DNA of 64,000 nt from Bacteriovoracaceae bacterium (GCA_048270185.1 JBLWTJ010000001.1:512001-576000), one strand, 5' to 3'; shown: positions 8,515 to 19,856, counted from the first letter of the stretch. Notes: generated from the letters alone by a model not told the origin. Translations and numbers: made by a program.

Positions 8515-10224
8515 TTAAATACTTAAATCCTGACCTTCAACTTTGTTCATATAGAATTCAAAGAATAACTTAGAAGCAAAGTAAGAAGTATAAACTGTTG
8601 CCATAATTCCGATTAGTAGAGTTACAGCGAAACCTCTAATTGGACCAGTACCAAAGTTTAGAAGACAAATACCAGCAAGAGCTGTCGTAATGTTAGCATC
8701 AACGATTGTCCAGAAAGCTGAATTGAAACCATTCTCAACAGCTTTATAGAACCCTACATTCTGCCTTATCTCCTCTCGAATACGCTCGTAGATGATGATA
8801 TTGGCATCAACGGCCATACCAACAGTAAGAGCGATACCTGCAATACCTGGAAGAGTAAGAGTTGCACCAAGACCAACAAGCATTGCTAAAACAATAAGAA
8901 CGTTAAGTCCTAGAGTGATAATAGCGAAAACACCTGAAACTCTATAGTAAACAAGAATGAATGCGAAAACTAGAATACAACCAATTAAAGAGGCAAAACG
9001 AGCTTTGTCAATTGAGTCAGCACCAAGTGATGGCCCTACAGTTCTTTGCTCAAGGAAATCAAGTTGAACAGGAAGAGCACCAGCACGAAGAACAAGAGCT
9101 AAGTCTTTTGCTTCCTTTAGTTGCTCATTATAACCCTTTCCTCCAAGTGAAATCGTTGCACGTCCACCGGCGATTTTTCCGTTAATACGTGGAGCTGAGT
9201 ATACATTACCATCTAACGTAATTGCCATTAAACGACCGACGTTCTCACCAGTAACGTCGGCAAAAACCTTCGCACCACGAGACTTAAAGTTAAGCCCAAC
9301 TTCTGGTTGATTATTTTGTTGTGGGTTAAATTGAACACGAGCATCTTCTAGGTCTTCACCTGTTAGTCTTGCTGTTGCTTCAATTAAGTATGGGATTAGT
9401 TGGCTAACTTCACCCTTAGCGTTAGTTACACGCTCAAATGCTAGAGTGTGACCCTTTGGAAGATCTTTAGCAACGATTTCGTTAACCTTAGAAACATAAT
9501 CAGAGAATCTCTCACCTTTCTTATAATCAATTCCTTGATCTTTAGCCTTTGCAACCCAACCTTGGATTGTTGCAGGAGCAATATCAGAATTAACCATTTT
9601 GAACTCAAGCTTTGCTGTTTTACCAATAAGCTCTTTTGCTCTTTCAATATCCTTAACACCTGGAAGCTGAACAACGATGCGATCCTGCCCCTGAGAAACG
9701 ATTTCTGGCTCAGTAACACCAAACTCGTCAATACGGTTTCTGATAACTTCGATTGATCTTTTAACAGATTGTTCTTCGATATCTGTTTTAACTTTCTTCG
9801 TTAAAGCAATTGAAATTGAAGAAGCATTTTCACTAGTGATTCTTAAAAAACCATTAAATTGATCGTGAATAACATTCTTTAGGGCCTCAACATCAGCAGC
9901 TGATGAAACGATGATCTCAATTTTTGGATCAAGCTCGTCTGTTGCATCAACGTCCCCTAGCTCAAATGAATTTCCTGTTTCATCTTTATAGCCAAATTCC
10001 ACACGGCGAGCATAACCTTTTACCTCGTCCTTGTAGACTTTCTTAAAATCAATACCAAGGATCATGTAAAGACCACCTTGAAGGTCTAGTCCTAAATTGA
10101 TCTTTGACTTAACTGGAAAGTTGTCAGTTTCTTTAAAATTAAATGCAGTAGGTACGATAGAAATACCTGAAATGATCGCTACGATAAGTAGAAATATGAA
10201 GCGATACCACCAGCCTCTTCTCAT
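8515..10224 (-). CDS. secD: Protein translocase subunit SecD
   Basis: LGLDLQGG, RNRIDEFGVTEP, VGPSLGADS, GMAVDANIIIYERIREE. Confidence 0.97.
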   Translation of the reverse strand: MRRGWWYRFIFLLIVAIISGISIVPTAFNFKETDNFPVKSKINLGLDLQGGLYMILGIDFKKVYKDEVKGYARRVEFGYKDETGNSFELGDVDATDELDPKIEIIVSSAADVEALKNVIHDQFNGFLRITSENASSISIALTKKVKTDIEEQSVKRSIEVIRNRIDEFGVTEPEIVSQGQDRIVVQLPGVKDIERAKELIGKTAKLEFKMVNSDIAPATIQGWVAKAKDQGIDYKKGERFSDYVSKVNEIVAKDLPKGHTLAFERVTNAKGEVSQLIPYLIEATARLTGEDLEDARVQFNPQQNNQPEVGLNFKSRGAKVFADVTGENVGRLMAITLDGNVYSAPRINGKIAGGRATISLGGKGYNEQLKEAKDLALVLRAGALPVQLDFLEQRTVGPSLGADSIDKARFASLIGCILVFAFILVYYRVSGVFAIITLGLNVLIVLAMLVGLGATLTLPGIAGIALTVGMAVDANIIIYERIREEIRQNVGFYKAVENGFNSAFWTIVDANITTALAGICLLNFGTGPIRGFAVTLLIGIMATVYTSYFASKLFFEFYMNKVEGQDLSI

Positions 10225-10346
10225 TAGATTCTCCTAATCCTTGGGGTTCTTTTGGTTTTCTCGATTAATTGAGTTGTATAAACTACAAAAATTATATGAG
10301 ATTAACTACTTAAAAACAATATTAAGAGAATATTAATTTCAAAAAC

Positions 10347-10631
10347 TTATGATTGAACTTCTTTGTCCGACTCTTTTACTTGGTTTTGGTTTTCTTCATC
10401 TAATTTAACTTCGGCTTTAACCGCAGTTTCAGATTCTACTTTTTGAGATGATGCATCATTTGTTTGCGCTACATCATTGACATGATCCATGAGATCATCT
10501 TTGGCCTTTTGGAACTCGCGTAACCCCTTACCTAGGCCCTTGGCCAACTCAGGAAGTTTCTTTGGCCCGATAAAGATCAGGGCAAAGACGAGAATAATAA
10601 GTAGCTCACCAGCTCCAAAACCGCCAAACAT
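10347..10631 (-). CDS. tatA: Twin-arginine translocase TatA/TatB family subunit
   Basis: MFGGFGAGELLIIL...FIGPKKLPELAKGLGKGLREFQKA. Confidence 0.88.
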   Translation of the reverse strand: MFGGFGAGELLIILVFALIFIGPKKLPELAKGLGKGLREFQKAKDDLMDHVNDVAQTNDASSQKVESETAVKAEVKLDEENQNQVKESDKEVQS

Positions 10632-10633
10632 TA

Positions 10634-10969
10634 TTAAGCCTCTTTCTTATTAGCAAGAACGCTTTCTTCTAGTCCTGCAATTTGAGAACGTAGAATTTTG
10701 ATTTTGATATTGTCTGCAACTTCAAGATCAACCACTTTTTCAGTAAGTCCTACGATTTTTCCAAAGATTCCAGCTTTTGTATAAATTCTGTCACCTTTGT
10801 TTAGGCTATCAACAATTTTCTTTTCTTCTTCAATTTGTCTCTTTTGAGGTCTAAATACTAGAAAGTAAAATACAAGAACAACAAGAATGATTGGAACAAA
10901 ATTCATTGCTGTCGGTTGTTGAGCAGCTGCTCCTTGTGCGAATACGTCTGATATAAAAAGTTTAAACAT
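10634..10969 (-). CDS. yajC: Preprotein translocase subunit YajC
   Basis: FYFLVFRPQKR...LNKGDRIYTKAGIFGKI; position between tgt and secD. Confidence 0.93.
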   Translation of the reverse strand: MFKLFISDVFAQGAAAQQPTAMNFVPIILVVLVFYFLVFRPQKRQIEEEKKIVDSLNKGDRIYTKAGIFGKIVGLTEKVVDLEVADNIKIKILRSQIAGLEESVLANKKEA

Positions 10970-10989
10970 TTATAGCTCCTAAAATTAGT

Positions 10990-12108
10990 CTATTGGCCTG
11001 CGGCCCATTTGCGTGATGTGTATCTTTTATAAAATTCTTTGTAATAAGAGTCAAACCTATCTTCTAAAATCGCTTGGCGTGCATCTTGTGTCATCTTAAT
11101 CATGAAATAAAGATTATGATAAGTGATCAAGTTACCAGAAAGGAACTCTCCAGTTGTATAAAGATGGCGAATATAAGCACGTGAATATGTTCGGCACACT
11201 TTACAATCACAACTTGGATCTGGTGCTCCTTTATCTTCTCTAAAGCGAAGGTTTTTGATATTTAGCGGTCCGTCGTGAGTTAGAAATTGTCCGTTACGCG
11301 CATTTCTAGTTGGAAGAACGCAATCAAACATATCAATACCGGCACGAATTCCATTTAAAATATCAAGTGGCTTTCCAACACCCATTAAATAGCGTGGCTT
11401 CTCTCCAGGCATTGTGTGAACAAAGTCATTTAAGAAATCAACCATCTCTTCATTCTTTTCGCCAACAGAAAGTCCACCTAGAGCAAGTCCAGGAAAATTC
11501 ATTTCTTCTAAGCGCTCCATACATTCTGTACGAAGGTCTTTATGAAGTCCTCCTTGAACAATCCCAAAGAGTTTTTGGTAGTCACGAAGTTTGTAGTCAA
11601 TACAGCGCTTTGCCCATCTTAGGGTTAGCTCCATACTTTCACGAAGCGTATCTTTTGTAGCAGGAAGTTTAGGGCACTCGTCAAAGGCCATAACAATATC
11701 TGAGCCAAGGCCCTTTTGAATCTCCATACTTTTTTCAGGAGAGATAAGATGCTTTGAACCATCAATATGTGAAGAGAAAGTAACACCTTCTTCAGTAATC
11801 TTATTAATATCTGATAAAGAGAAAACTTGAAAGCCACCAGAGTCAGTGAGAATTGGCTTATCCCAATTCATAAAACCATGAAGACCTCCACCAACTTTTT
11901 CAATAAGTTCATGACCAGGCCTTAAGTATAGGTGATAAGTATTTCCAAGAATAATTTGAGCATTCATTTCATTGAGATCTTCTTGCCACATACACTTAAC
12001 ACTTGCACGAGTACCAACAGGCATAAAGATTGGTGTTTTTATTTCACCATGTTCTGTTGTTATCGTCGTGGCACGGGCCAGTCCAGAATATCCTTCAACT
12101 TTAATCAT
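10990..12108 (-). CDS. tgt: tRNA-guanine transglycosylase
   Basis: TPIFMPVGT, NTYHLYLRPG, TDSGGFQVFSL, DMFDCVLPTRNARNG, CxCxxC zinc site. Confidence 0.97.
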   Translation of the reverse strand: MIKVEGYSGLARATTITTEHGEIKTPIFMPVGTRASVKCMWQEDLNEMNAQIILGNTYHLYLRPGHELIEKVGGGLHGFMNWDKPILTDSGGFQVFSLSDINKITEEGVTFSSHIDGSKHLISPEKSMEIQKGLGSDIVMAFDECPKLPATKDTLRESMELTLRWAKRCIDYKLRDYQKLFGIVQGGLHKDLRTECMERLEEMNFPGLALGGLSVGEKNEEMVDFLNDFVHTMPGEKPRYLMGVGKPLDILNGIRAGIDMFDCVLPTRNARNGQFLTHDGPLNIKNLRFREDKGAPDPSCDCKVCRTYSRAYIRHLYTTGEFLSGNLITYHNLYFMIKMTQDARQAILEDRFDSYYKEFYKRYTSRKWAAGQ

Positions 12109-12113
12109 AATAC

Positions 12114-13160
12114 TTACCTTAATATCAGCATCGCATCACCATATGAAAAGAAACGATACTTATTCTCTACTGCTATTTTATATAACTCTAATGTTTTTTC
12201 GCGACCGATTAATGCACTGACAAGCATAAGAAGTGTTGACTTTGGCAGGTGAAAATTAGTCACAAGGCCATCAATACTTTTAACGTCAACACCAGGGTGC
12301 AAGAAGATATCAGTGTCCTTCATTTCACCTGGTGTGTAATTTTCAACACCATTTTTCCAAATTGTTTCGAGTGTTCTTAAACTTGTCGTTCCAACGGCAA
12401 TTCTCTTTTTTGCCGATGTGATCTTTTTAAAGTTCTCACTATCAACATAGTAGTTTTCACTATGCATTTTATGATCTTCTAAATTATCGACCTTAACAGG
12501 AGCAAAAGTCCCAAGACCGACATGTAATGTAACCTTTGCGATATCATGACCGGCCTCCTTAATTTGAGAAAGAAGCTCGTCACTAAAGTGAAGTCCTGCA
12601 GTTGGTGCAGCAACACTTCCCAGTTCATTTGCAAAGACTGTTTGATAGTCTTTCTTATCCTGCTCATCTGACTCTCCCCCTCTAATATACGGAGGAATTG
12701 GAACCAGAGCATTAGCATTTAAGTAATTTATTAAATCATATCCACTTAGGCTTGGTTTGATTAAGAACTCACCATCGACATTATCGATGATTTCTATTTT
12801 AAGATTATTGGCAAATTGATAGTGATCACCAATTCGCTTCTTACCGTTTGCCTTTACAAGAGCACGGTAATTTCCGTCATCATTTGCTTCTACAGTTAAG
12901 AAGAAAACTTCAACACTTCCACCAGAATCTTTGTGTCCTTTAAGACGACATGGAAAGACCTTACTTTGATTGAGAACAAGTGTTGTTTGTGAGGGTAGAA
13001 AGTTTATTAATTCATTGAATTGATGATGTGTAACTGAATCAGTTTTACAATTATAAACCAGAAGACGTGAGTGATGGCGGCCCTCAACAGGACGCGAAGC
13101 AATCTGTTCTTTTGGAAGGTCATAATCATATGACGATAATTGTAAATCTTCTTTATTCAT
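12114..13160 (-). CDS. queA: S-adenosylmethionine:tRNA ribosyltransferase-isomerase
   Basis: PIPPYI, YQTVFA, GSVAAPTAGLHF, TLHVGLGTF, NFHLPKSTLL, YRFFSYGDAM; start likely MNKEDL. Confidence 0.96.
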   Translation of the reverse strand: MNKEDLQLSSYDYDLPKEQIASRPVEGRHHSRLLVYNCKTDSVTHHQFNELINFLPSQTTLVLNQSKVFPCRLKGHKDSGGSVEVFFLTVEANDDGNYRALVKANGKKRIGDHYQFANNLKIEIIDNVDGEFLIKPSLSGYDLINYLNANALVPIPPYIRGGESDEQDKKDYQTVFANELGSVAAPTAGLHFSDELLSQIKEAGHDIAKVTLHVGLGTFAPVKVDNLEDHKMHSENYYVDSENFKKITSAKKRIAVGTTSLRTLETIWKNGVENYTPGEMKDTDIFLHPGVDVKSIDGLVTNFHLPKSTLLMLVSALIGREKTLELYKIAVENKYRFFSYGDAMLILR

Positions 13161-13301
13161 GGGCGCGATAGTACCGTGAAATGACGACATCGTCATCATG
13201 TAAGTTTTTCAAATCACAAAAAATATATGTTCAAAAGTCGAGAATGTTGTAAAAACTTACAAATTAAAAAGATGGATATTAGAGTACAAAGAGAGGACGA
13301 T

Positions 13302-14297
13302 TTGAAGTTATCACCATTAAAAGCATTATTGCTTACATCAGCAATTTCTTTCAACACAATGGCAACAAATAAAGTTATTTACGGTGAAGATGACCGTGTC
13401 GAAGTAAGTGAGTCAAGCAAGCAATCACTAACAGACAGCGTTGCAGCAATGGTAAGTAAATACTATTTCACTTCAAATGATGCCGAAGAAAGTGAATATA
13501 AATTAGGATATTATTCAACACTAAAAAGCCACCGCGGTTATCCAACATGTGGCAATATGAGATTTAGAGAACAACCAACAATTGCAAGTTGTAGTGGATT
13601 CTTAATCGGTGAAAACCTGATGATGACAGCTGGTCACTGTGTTGTTCCTCGCGGACAAACAGTTGCCAATGCAATCACTTCGGGTTGCGCAGGTAATAAG
13701 TGGGTTTTTAATTACACTTCAAATTCAGTAGATAAAGACGGAAAACTTAGTATTGAAAAGAATGACGTCTATGGTTGTAAGAAAGTTGTTGCTGGAAGTT
13801 ACACACAAGGTCTTGATTACGCCGTTATTGAGCTTGACCGCAAGGCCGCCGATAAGAAGGTTGTTAAATTAAACCTAAAAAAGAATGCTGTGGACGTAGG
13901 AACTAAGATCTATGTAGCAGGTTACCCAACAGGACTACCTCTTAAAATTGCAGATAATGCATCAATTAAATTCAACAGCAAAGATCGTACAACAGTATCA
14001 ACTGACCTTGATACATTTGCTGGTAACTCCGGCTCACCAGTCTTTAATACTAATGATGAAGTTGTTGGTATTTTAGTTTCAGGTGAGATTGATTACGCTT
14101 ACGATTATGAGAATCAATGTTATAATGTGAATATCTGTAAAGGATATGGTAAAGAGTGTGATCGCCAAACATTTCCTTGGGGAGCAAGTGGCGAGTCTGT
14201 GACAAAGCTGTTAAGCGCATACCTTGATTACAAATTAACAGCGACACTAGGAGATTTAAGAGTTGATACAAACAAGAATAACAAAGCAGGAAATTAA
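13302..14297 (+). CDS. Secreted trypsin-like (S1) serine protease
   Basis: Catalytic triad motifs TAGHC, DYAVIEL, GNSGSP; likely TTG start at 13302 after GAGGA. Confidence 0.9.
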   Translation: MKLSPLKALLLTSAISFNTMATNKVIYGEDDRVEVSESSKQSLTDSVAAMVSKYYFTSNDAEESEYKLGYYSTLKSHRGYPTCGNMRFREQPTIASCSGFLIGENLMMTAGHCVVPRGQTVANAITSGCAGNKWVFNYTSNSVDKDGKLSIEKNDVYGCKKVVAGSYTQGLDYAVIELDRKAADKKVVKLNLKKNAVDVGTKIYVAGYPTGLPLKIADNASIKFNSKDRTTVSTDLDTFAGNSGSPVFNTNDEVVGILVSGEIDYAYDYENQCYNVNICKGYGKECDRQTFPWGASGESVTKLLSAYLDYKLTATLGDLRVDTNKNNKAGN

Positions 14298-14853
14298 CGA
14301 ATTTGATCTCATTGACTTTGAAGGCACAATTCATCTTATCGACACAGAAGAAAAATGCCAAAAAGCAAAAAAAGAATTTCTAAGTTTAACAAGTAAATAT
14401 CTTATTACTGGCCTTGATACTGAATCAAGGCCTTCTTTTAAAAAGACTGATAATTTTAAAATAAGCCTCATTCAAGTTTCATTCGATGAAGTATGCTTTC
14501 TCTTTCGTTTAAATAAGGTGAAGTGTCCTGATTACTTAGTGGATTATCTACAAAACGATAAGATCATAAAATCAGGAGTTGCAGTTAAAGACGACTGTCG
14601 TGACTTGAAAAAACAATATAAGATTGATGCAAAAGGTATAGTAGACGTTCAAGATCTTGCCAAAGCACAAGGCTATATCACTCTCGGTCTTGCCTCTCTA
14701 ACAGGAATCCTACTTAAAAGAAAGATTTCAAAGAAAGCAAAACTGACTAATTGGGAGAATAATAAATTAACTCCTGCTCAGATTAAGTATGCGGCAACTG
14801 ATGCATGGATTTCACTTAAGCTCTATGAAGCCTTAAGTGTGAAAGAATCCTAA
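14263..14853 (+). CDS. DEDDy 3'-5' exonuclease (RNase D/WRN-exo-like)
   Basis: GLDTESRP, VKDD, NWE...QIKYAATDAW. Confidence 0.9.
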   Translation: MIQTRITKQEINEFDLIDFEGTIHLIDTEEKCQKAKKEFLSLTSKYLITGLDTESRPSFKKTDNFKISLIQVSFDEVCFLFRLNKVKCPDYLVDYLQNDKIIKSGVAVKDDCRDLKKQYKIDAKGIVDVQDLAKAQGYITLGLASLTGILLKRKISKKAKLTNWENNKLTPAQIKYAATDAWISLKLYEALSVKES

Positions 14854-14898
14854 TAAATTCTGCTAAAAAAGCTCACAATCATGCCTCAAAATTGAGGG

Positions 14899-15183
14899 AT
14901 GAAAACTCTTAAAATAATTTTTACATTATTCTTGGCCTTCACAAGTCTTAGTGTCTTTGGGGCCGCACCTAGTGCTTCGGGAACAAAGAGTTACAAAATG
15001 GAAGGACTTGAATCAACCAACCCCTTCCAAGAAGCGGCCGAACCTGAGGAGAGAAAGCTTCGTAGGCCTTCATCTGAAGAAATCTATCGCAACAAATATG
15101 AACTCGATCAAGGCTCCCAATGGCAAGATATGGAGGAGCATTGCGGTGATCGTTGTATCTATCCAGACTCCAACCACAAGTAA
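14899..15183 (+). CDS. Small secreted protein (RRPSS motif)
   Basis: Signal peptide; GAGGG RBS. Confidence 0.7.
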   Translation: MKTLKIIFTLFLAFTSLSVFGAAPSASGTKSYKMEGLESTNPFQEAAEPEERKLRRPSSEEIYRNKYELDQGSQWQDMEEHCGDRCIYPDSNHK

Positions 15184-15261
15184 TATCAAAGACTTAATCT
15201 AGGTAAAATATTTCCTAACTTAAACATAGATGATTTAACCTATAATTTAGTTAGGTAAACT

Positions 15262-16764
15262 ATGTTTAAGTGGTCAATATTATTCACATTCTTAGCTCTT
15301 CTAACCTCTTGTTCTGGCGGTGCAAGTGAAGAGGAAATTGCGGCCATTCCACTAGCTCAATACCCACCAACCTCAATCACAACAGCAAGTGCCATTATCA
15401 CAGGGGCCCTACCTCAAAACGCTCCGGCAATTAATTGGACCAACCCTGCAGTTTTCGATCACATCATGTATGCCCTTGGAACAACCTCTGGTGCTCAAAA
15501 TCACACGGCCTGGAATAATATCGGTACTGTGACAAATTATACTCACTCAGCTCTTACTGGCCTAACAGAGTGTCAGGCTTACTACCCTTCAATCAAAGCA
15601 ATAAGTGCCGAGGCAGACGAATCAACAGTTTTGACTAGTACAAGTTTCTATTGGGACAATACAGCGCCGACAGGACTTGGAGTACCAGATGTATCAGCAG
15701 ATAATGCCACTAACCTTTCTTCAACGACAACCACATGGACTGCGGCCAGTGATAATTGTGTGTTAGATCACTACGAAATTGCTATTGGAACAACGGCCGG
15801 TGCTACAGATATTCAAACTTGGATTGATATTGGAAATGTCACAAGTTACAAAGTACAAAATGGGACAGATGGCGCAAGTTTCACCTTAGCTGAATCAACT
15901 AATTACTATATTACTCTTAAAGCTGTTGATGAAGCAGGATTTGAGATGATTCAAAACTCAGCGGCCTTCACTGTTTTTAATCCGGCCGTCTCACTACCAA
16001 ATATGGTTTTAAGATTAGATGCAAGTGACTTAACCTCCGTTCTCGATAATGGCGGACTCGATGCTAGTAATGGTGCATTTAATGGATCAGTTGAAGATTG
16101 GCTTGATACATCAGGGAGTGCTAATACACACCACTTCTATCGTGATACGGCCGCACCAACTTTTGATGGAGTCGACAATCACCTTGTCTTTAATGGAACA
16201 AATCAAAATCTTTCAGTGGCCAATCATGCTGAGCTAAACACAGCAACGGTTAATCAAAGAAATATCACGGCCTCTTTTCAAACATCGGCCGATACAACGA
16301 CTCTTCAAATTATCTATGAAGAAGGCGGAGCAAGTCGCGGAATGAATATTTATATCAGCGGCGGAAATCTCTACTGTGGCTTTTGGAATGTCGTTGATGA
16401 TGGTGATGGAACTCAACCATTTACTTCAGTGAGTACGGCCATTTCGGCAAATACAATTTATCATGTGACTTGGGTCTTTGATTATACGAATTACACAGGG
16501 GGCGCTGGCCCAGATGGAGACCTTACTTGTTATGTCAACGGAAGCTCAATTGGTTCAACTCCATCAACAAGTCTTCTTTACGCCCACTCAGGGGCCATCT
16601 CAATTGGATCTTACGCCAATGACTCATATGATCACACAGGAAGCCTCAGTGGTGATGGAGGCTATTTTAATGGTGATATTATGGAGGTTATGCTCTTTAA
16701 TGATCCACCAGATGCTACGACGGTGAACACAATTCATACATACCTTGAAGATAAGTGGAACTAA
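15262..16764 (+). CDS. Lipoprotein with FN3-like repeats and C-terminal LamG/concanavalin-like domain
   Basis: Lipobox LTSC; repeated 'YxIGTTxGA...W.DIG.VTSY' units; YHVTWVF, YVNG, FNGDIMEV. Confidence 0.8.
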   Translation: MFKWSILFTFLALLTSCSGGASEEEIAAIPLAQYPPTSITTASAIITGALPQNAPAINWTNPAVFDHIMYALGTTSGAQNHTAWNNIGTVTNYTHSALTGLTECQAYYPSIKAISAEADESTVLTSTSFYWDNTAPTGLGVPDVSADNATNLSSTTTTWTAASDNCVLDHYEIAIGTTAGATDIQTWIDIGNVTSYKVQNGTDGASFTLAESTNYYITLKAVDEAGFEMIQNSAAFTVFNPAVSLPNMVLRLDASDLTSVLDNGGLDASNGAFNGSVEDWLDTSGSANTHHFYRDTAAPTFDGVDNHLVFNGTNQNLSVANHAELNTATVNQRNITASFQTSADTTTLQIIYEEGGASRGMNIYISGGNLYCGFWNVVDDGDGTQPFTSVSTAISANTIYHVTWVFDYTNYTGGAGPDGDLTCYVNGSSIGSTPSTSLLYAHSGAISIGSYANDSYDHTGSLSGDGGYFNGDIMEVMLFNDPPDATTVNTIHTYLEDKWN

Positions 16765-16801
16765 TCTAGCCTAAATCGCAATCAACTGTTATAAAGTCAG
16801 C

Positions 16802-18196
16802 ATGAATTTAAGTGTTTTTGATATTTACTCGATTGGAATTGGGCCGAGTAGCTCACATACAGTGGGACCGATGAGGGCCGCACGTGACTTTTTAGATCGT
16901 CTTGAAAATCAAGACCTCATTACTTCAACAACAAAAATTTCAACTGCACTCTATGGCTCGCTTGCCTTAACAGGAAAAGGCCACGGTACAGATAAGGCCA
17001 TCATCCTAGGCCTAAGTGGACACACACCAGAAGAAATTTGTCCTGATAAGATTGATGCCATTCTTGAGCGTGCCCACAATGACAATAAACTTCATATCTT
17101 TGATCAGACTACAAAAGAAAGAATCATTGAATATTGTCCAAGAGCAGATATCAATTTTCACCGTTCAAAGACTCTCGACTTCCACTCAAATGGAATGTGC
17201 CTACAGGCCATCGACAGCAACGGAAAAGAATTATTTAAAAAGACTTATTTTTCAATCGGCGGAGGCTTCATTGTCGCTGAAGGTGAAAATAACGAAGGCG
17301 ATATTTTTTCTCAACATGAAAGCAAGGTGAAGTATCCATTCACTTGTGGTGATGAGCTTCTTGCTATTGCAAAATTTAATCAATTATCAATTTGTGACCT
17401 CATTCGTGAGAATGAAAAAACTTGGCGTAATGAAGAGCAAATCAGAGAAGGCCTAATGCAAATTTGGCAGGCCATGGATAATTGTATCGATAGGGGCCTT
17501 AAGGCCGAAGGTCAACTTCCAGGTGGACTTAAAGTTACTAAAAGAGCAAAGAAGCTTCATGCTGCACTTTTAAAGAAGGACTGTGAAAAGAACCTCGATC
17601 CATTAACTATAATGGACTGGGTAAATCTCTTTGCAATCTCTGTTAACGAAGAAAATGCTTCAGGTGGAAAAGTAGTAACAGCACCAACAAATGGAGCTGC
17701 TGGAATTATTCCTGCCGTTATCAAATACTATTTAAAATTCGTTTCCAATGCTAGCGAAGAAAAAGTCGTGGACTTCCTTCTGACAGCTGGTTGTATTGGA
17801 ATCCTTTATAAGAAAAATGCTTCAATTTCTGGAGCAGAAGTTGGATGCCAAGGTGAAGTTGGCGTCGCCTGTTCAATGGCCGCGGCAGGACTTGCACAAG
17901 TTCTTGGTGGCACTAATGAGCAAATTGAAAACGCTGCCGAAATTGCGATGGAGCACAACCTAGGTCTTACATGCGATCCAATCGGAGGCCTTGTCCAAAT
18001 TCCATGTATCGAGCGAAATGCCATGGGTGCCGTTAAGGCCATCAACGCTGCCAGAATGGCCATGCGTGGAGATGGAAGCCACTACGTCAGCCTTGATAAG
18101 GTAATCAAAACCATGAAAGATACTGGTGCAGATATGCAAACAAAGTATAAAGAAACCAGCCGTGGAGGCCTTGCGGTAAACGTGACAGAATGTTAA
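16802..18196 (+). CDS. sdaA: L-serine ammonia-lyase (Fe-S dependent)
   Basis: [49 protein letters not shown]. Confidence 0.96.
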   Translation: MNLSVFDIYSIGIGPSSSHTVGPMRAARDFLDRLENQDLITSTTKISTALYGSLALTGKGHGTDKAIILGLSGHTPEEICPDKIDAILERAHNDNKLHIFDQTTKERIIEYCPRADINFHRSKTLDFHSNGMCLQAIDSNGKELFKKTYFSIGGGFIVAEGENNEGDIFSQHESKVKYPFTCGDELLAIAKFNQLSICDLIRENEKTWRNEEQIREGLMQIWQAMDNCIDRGLKAEGQLPGGLKVTKRAKKLHAALLKKDCEKNLDPLTIMDWVNLFAISVNEENASGGKVVTAPTNGAAGIIPAVIKYYLKFVSNASEEKVVDFLLTAGCIGILYKKNASISGAEVGCQGEVGVACSMAAAGLAQVLGGTNEQIENAAEIAMEHNLGLTCDPIGGLVQIPCIERNAMGAVKAINAARMAMRGDGSHYVSLDKVIKTMKDTGADMQTKYKETSRGGLAVNVTEC

Positions 18197-18313
18197 TTCA
18201 GTAACTTAGACACCGTAGATCTTTCATATATCTAAAACTTAACTTTCTTTTTTACCTTCCTCAACGTACAAGAGTTCACTTTTATATTATTTAGGAATAA
18301 TCGAGGGAGACAA

Positions 18314-19363
18314 ATGAAGAACCTTTTACTACCACTTGTAGCAATTCTAATAGCTACATCGATGGCCTCTTGTAACAAACTAGAGCAGGCCATGGATATG
18401 CCACAGAAGATGGATAAGCTAGGAGAGACAACTGATGGGATGAGCGATACAACGACTCAACTCTACTCTCAACTTAGATCAGCACAATCATCAGTTGAAA
18501 GACGTGACACCATGGAACTAATTCTTGATGATAAAATTGAGATTGGGCAAAAACTGACAAATGCAGCAAAGTTCTTTATGGCCTTCGAATTCAACTTATA
18601 TACAAATCTTAAGCCTTACGACGATTTAGCAATTCGCGATATGCTATTCTTTGATGCTGTTGAGGAATTCTATAAAGATATGGCCTCAATCTATGACACA
18701 GATATCAAGGGTGAGTTCAATGTTAAAAAGGCCATCAGTAAAGATAAGATGACTCCAATCCACACTGGAAAATGGTCACTAAAAAAACGTAACTATGAAC
18801 AAGCTTTCTATGCCATAGCAGCAGCAATGCATAAGAAGCACCACCGTCAAGAATATAATGCTCAAAAGAATGGTTTCCTTGCGGTATCGATCTATACACT
18901 AATGAAAGAAGCACTTCTAAAAGATTCACAAGGTGCAACTCTGACTGAATACGAAGAATATATGGTTGCAGGAAAGAATAAAGAGATCTCGATACAACTT
19001 CTAAAGGCACGTGTAGATTTTATTCTTGCTCTTGCTGTTAATGATGCAATGGATGCTGACGAAGCATCATTTTGGCCAGGTCTTTTACATGTAGTTACTG
19101 GTGGTAAACTTGGAAAGCTTGAACTTCCATCGACATTTGAAAATTCTAATGAAGCGACAATGAAAGAAGCTAATAAGAAAATCGAAGAAGCACTAAGCTG
19201 TTACGACTTCCTACTTTCAATTGGTGTAAAACATAAGTTAGATAAGAAAGTAAAAAACATCTACAAAAATGTTGAATTACCTAAGCTTGATGATATTCAA
19301 GCACAAAATGAAAATATTCACGAGTACCGTGAGTATATCGAACAAATTCAAAAACTAGACTAA
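18314..19363 (+). CDS. Hypothetical lipoprotein
   Basis: Lipobox-like MASC; GGGAG RBS. Confidence 0.78.
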   Translation: MKNLLLPLVAILIATSMASCNKLEQAMDMPQKMDKLGETTDGMSDTTTQLYSQLRSAQSSVERRDTMELILDDKIEIGQKLTNAAKFFMAFEFNLYTNLKPYDDLAIRDMLFFDAVEEFYKDMASIYDTDIKGEFNVKKAISKDKMTPIHTGKWSLKKRNYEQAFYAIAAAMHKKHHRQEYNAQKNGFLAVSIYTLMKEALLKDSQGATLTEYEEYMVAGKNKEISIQLLKARVDFILALAVNDAMDADEASFWPGLLHVVTGGKLGKLELPSTFENSNEATMKEANKKIEEALSCYDFLLSIGVKHKLDKKVKNIYKNVELPKLDDIQAQNENIHEYREYIEQIQKLD

Positions 19364-19364
19364 T

Positions 19365-19390
19365 AAAAAAAGGCCTCAAATGAGGCCTTT
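19365..19390. terminator. Bidirectional terminator
   Basis: AAAAAAAGGCCTCA-AA-TGAGGCCTTT between convergent genes. Confidence 0.85.
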
Positions 19391-19391
19391 C

Positions 19392-19814
19392 TTATTTCTT
19401 AAAGTACTTTAAAAATTCTTCTGGTGCCTTTGCAATCTTTCTTTCATGATAATCAAAGAAAACAAGACCATTTTTTGCGTAGGCAATCTCACGCTCTCCA
19501 CAGGAAATCTTATACAAGAGATCATAACCGTAATCATTAATATCTTCCACGTACATTTCAATATTTAAGACATCACCATGAAAGGCCTCGCCGCGATAAG
19601 TATAAGCAGCATCGGCCTGAATAAGAGACTTCCCAAAGCAATCAAGCTCACTGTGCCCAATTGACTTGAGAAAACGCATACGACCTTCGTGACATAGAGT
19701 TGCCACAGCATCATTGCCCATATGGTTACCATAATTAATGAAGTTTACAGTTAACTGAATTTGAGTTGTAAAGTCAGCTTTTCGATCTGGTGTTTTTAAT
19801 TTTATACGTGCCAT
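19392..19814 (-). CDS. Acyl-CoA thioesterase (hotdog, 4HBT-like)
   Basis: INYGNHMGND...HEGRMRF...YRGEAFHGD. Confidence 0.85.
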   Translation of the reverse strand: MARIKLKTPDRKADFTTQIQLTVNFINYGNHMGNDAVATLCHEGRMRFLKSIGHSELDCFGKSLIQADAAYTYRGEAFHGDVLNIEMYVEDINDYGYDLLYKISCGEREIAYAKNGLVFFDYHERKIAKAPEEFLKYFKK

Positions 19815-19856
19815 TTAAAAATCTTAACTAAATCAAATGATGCTGAAAAGTTATTT

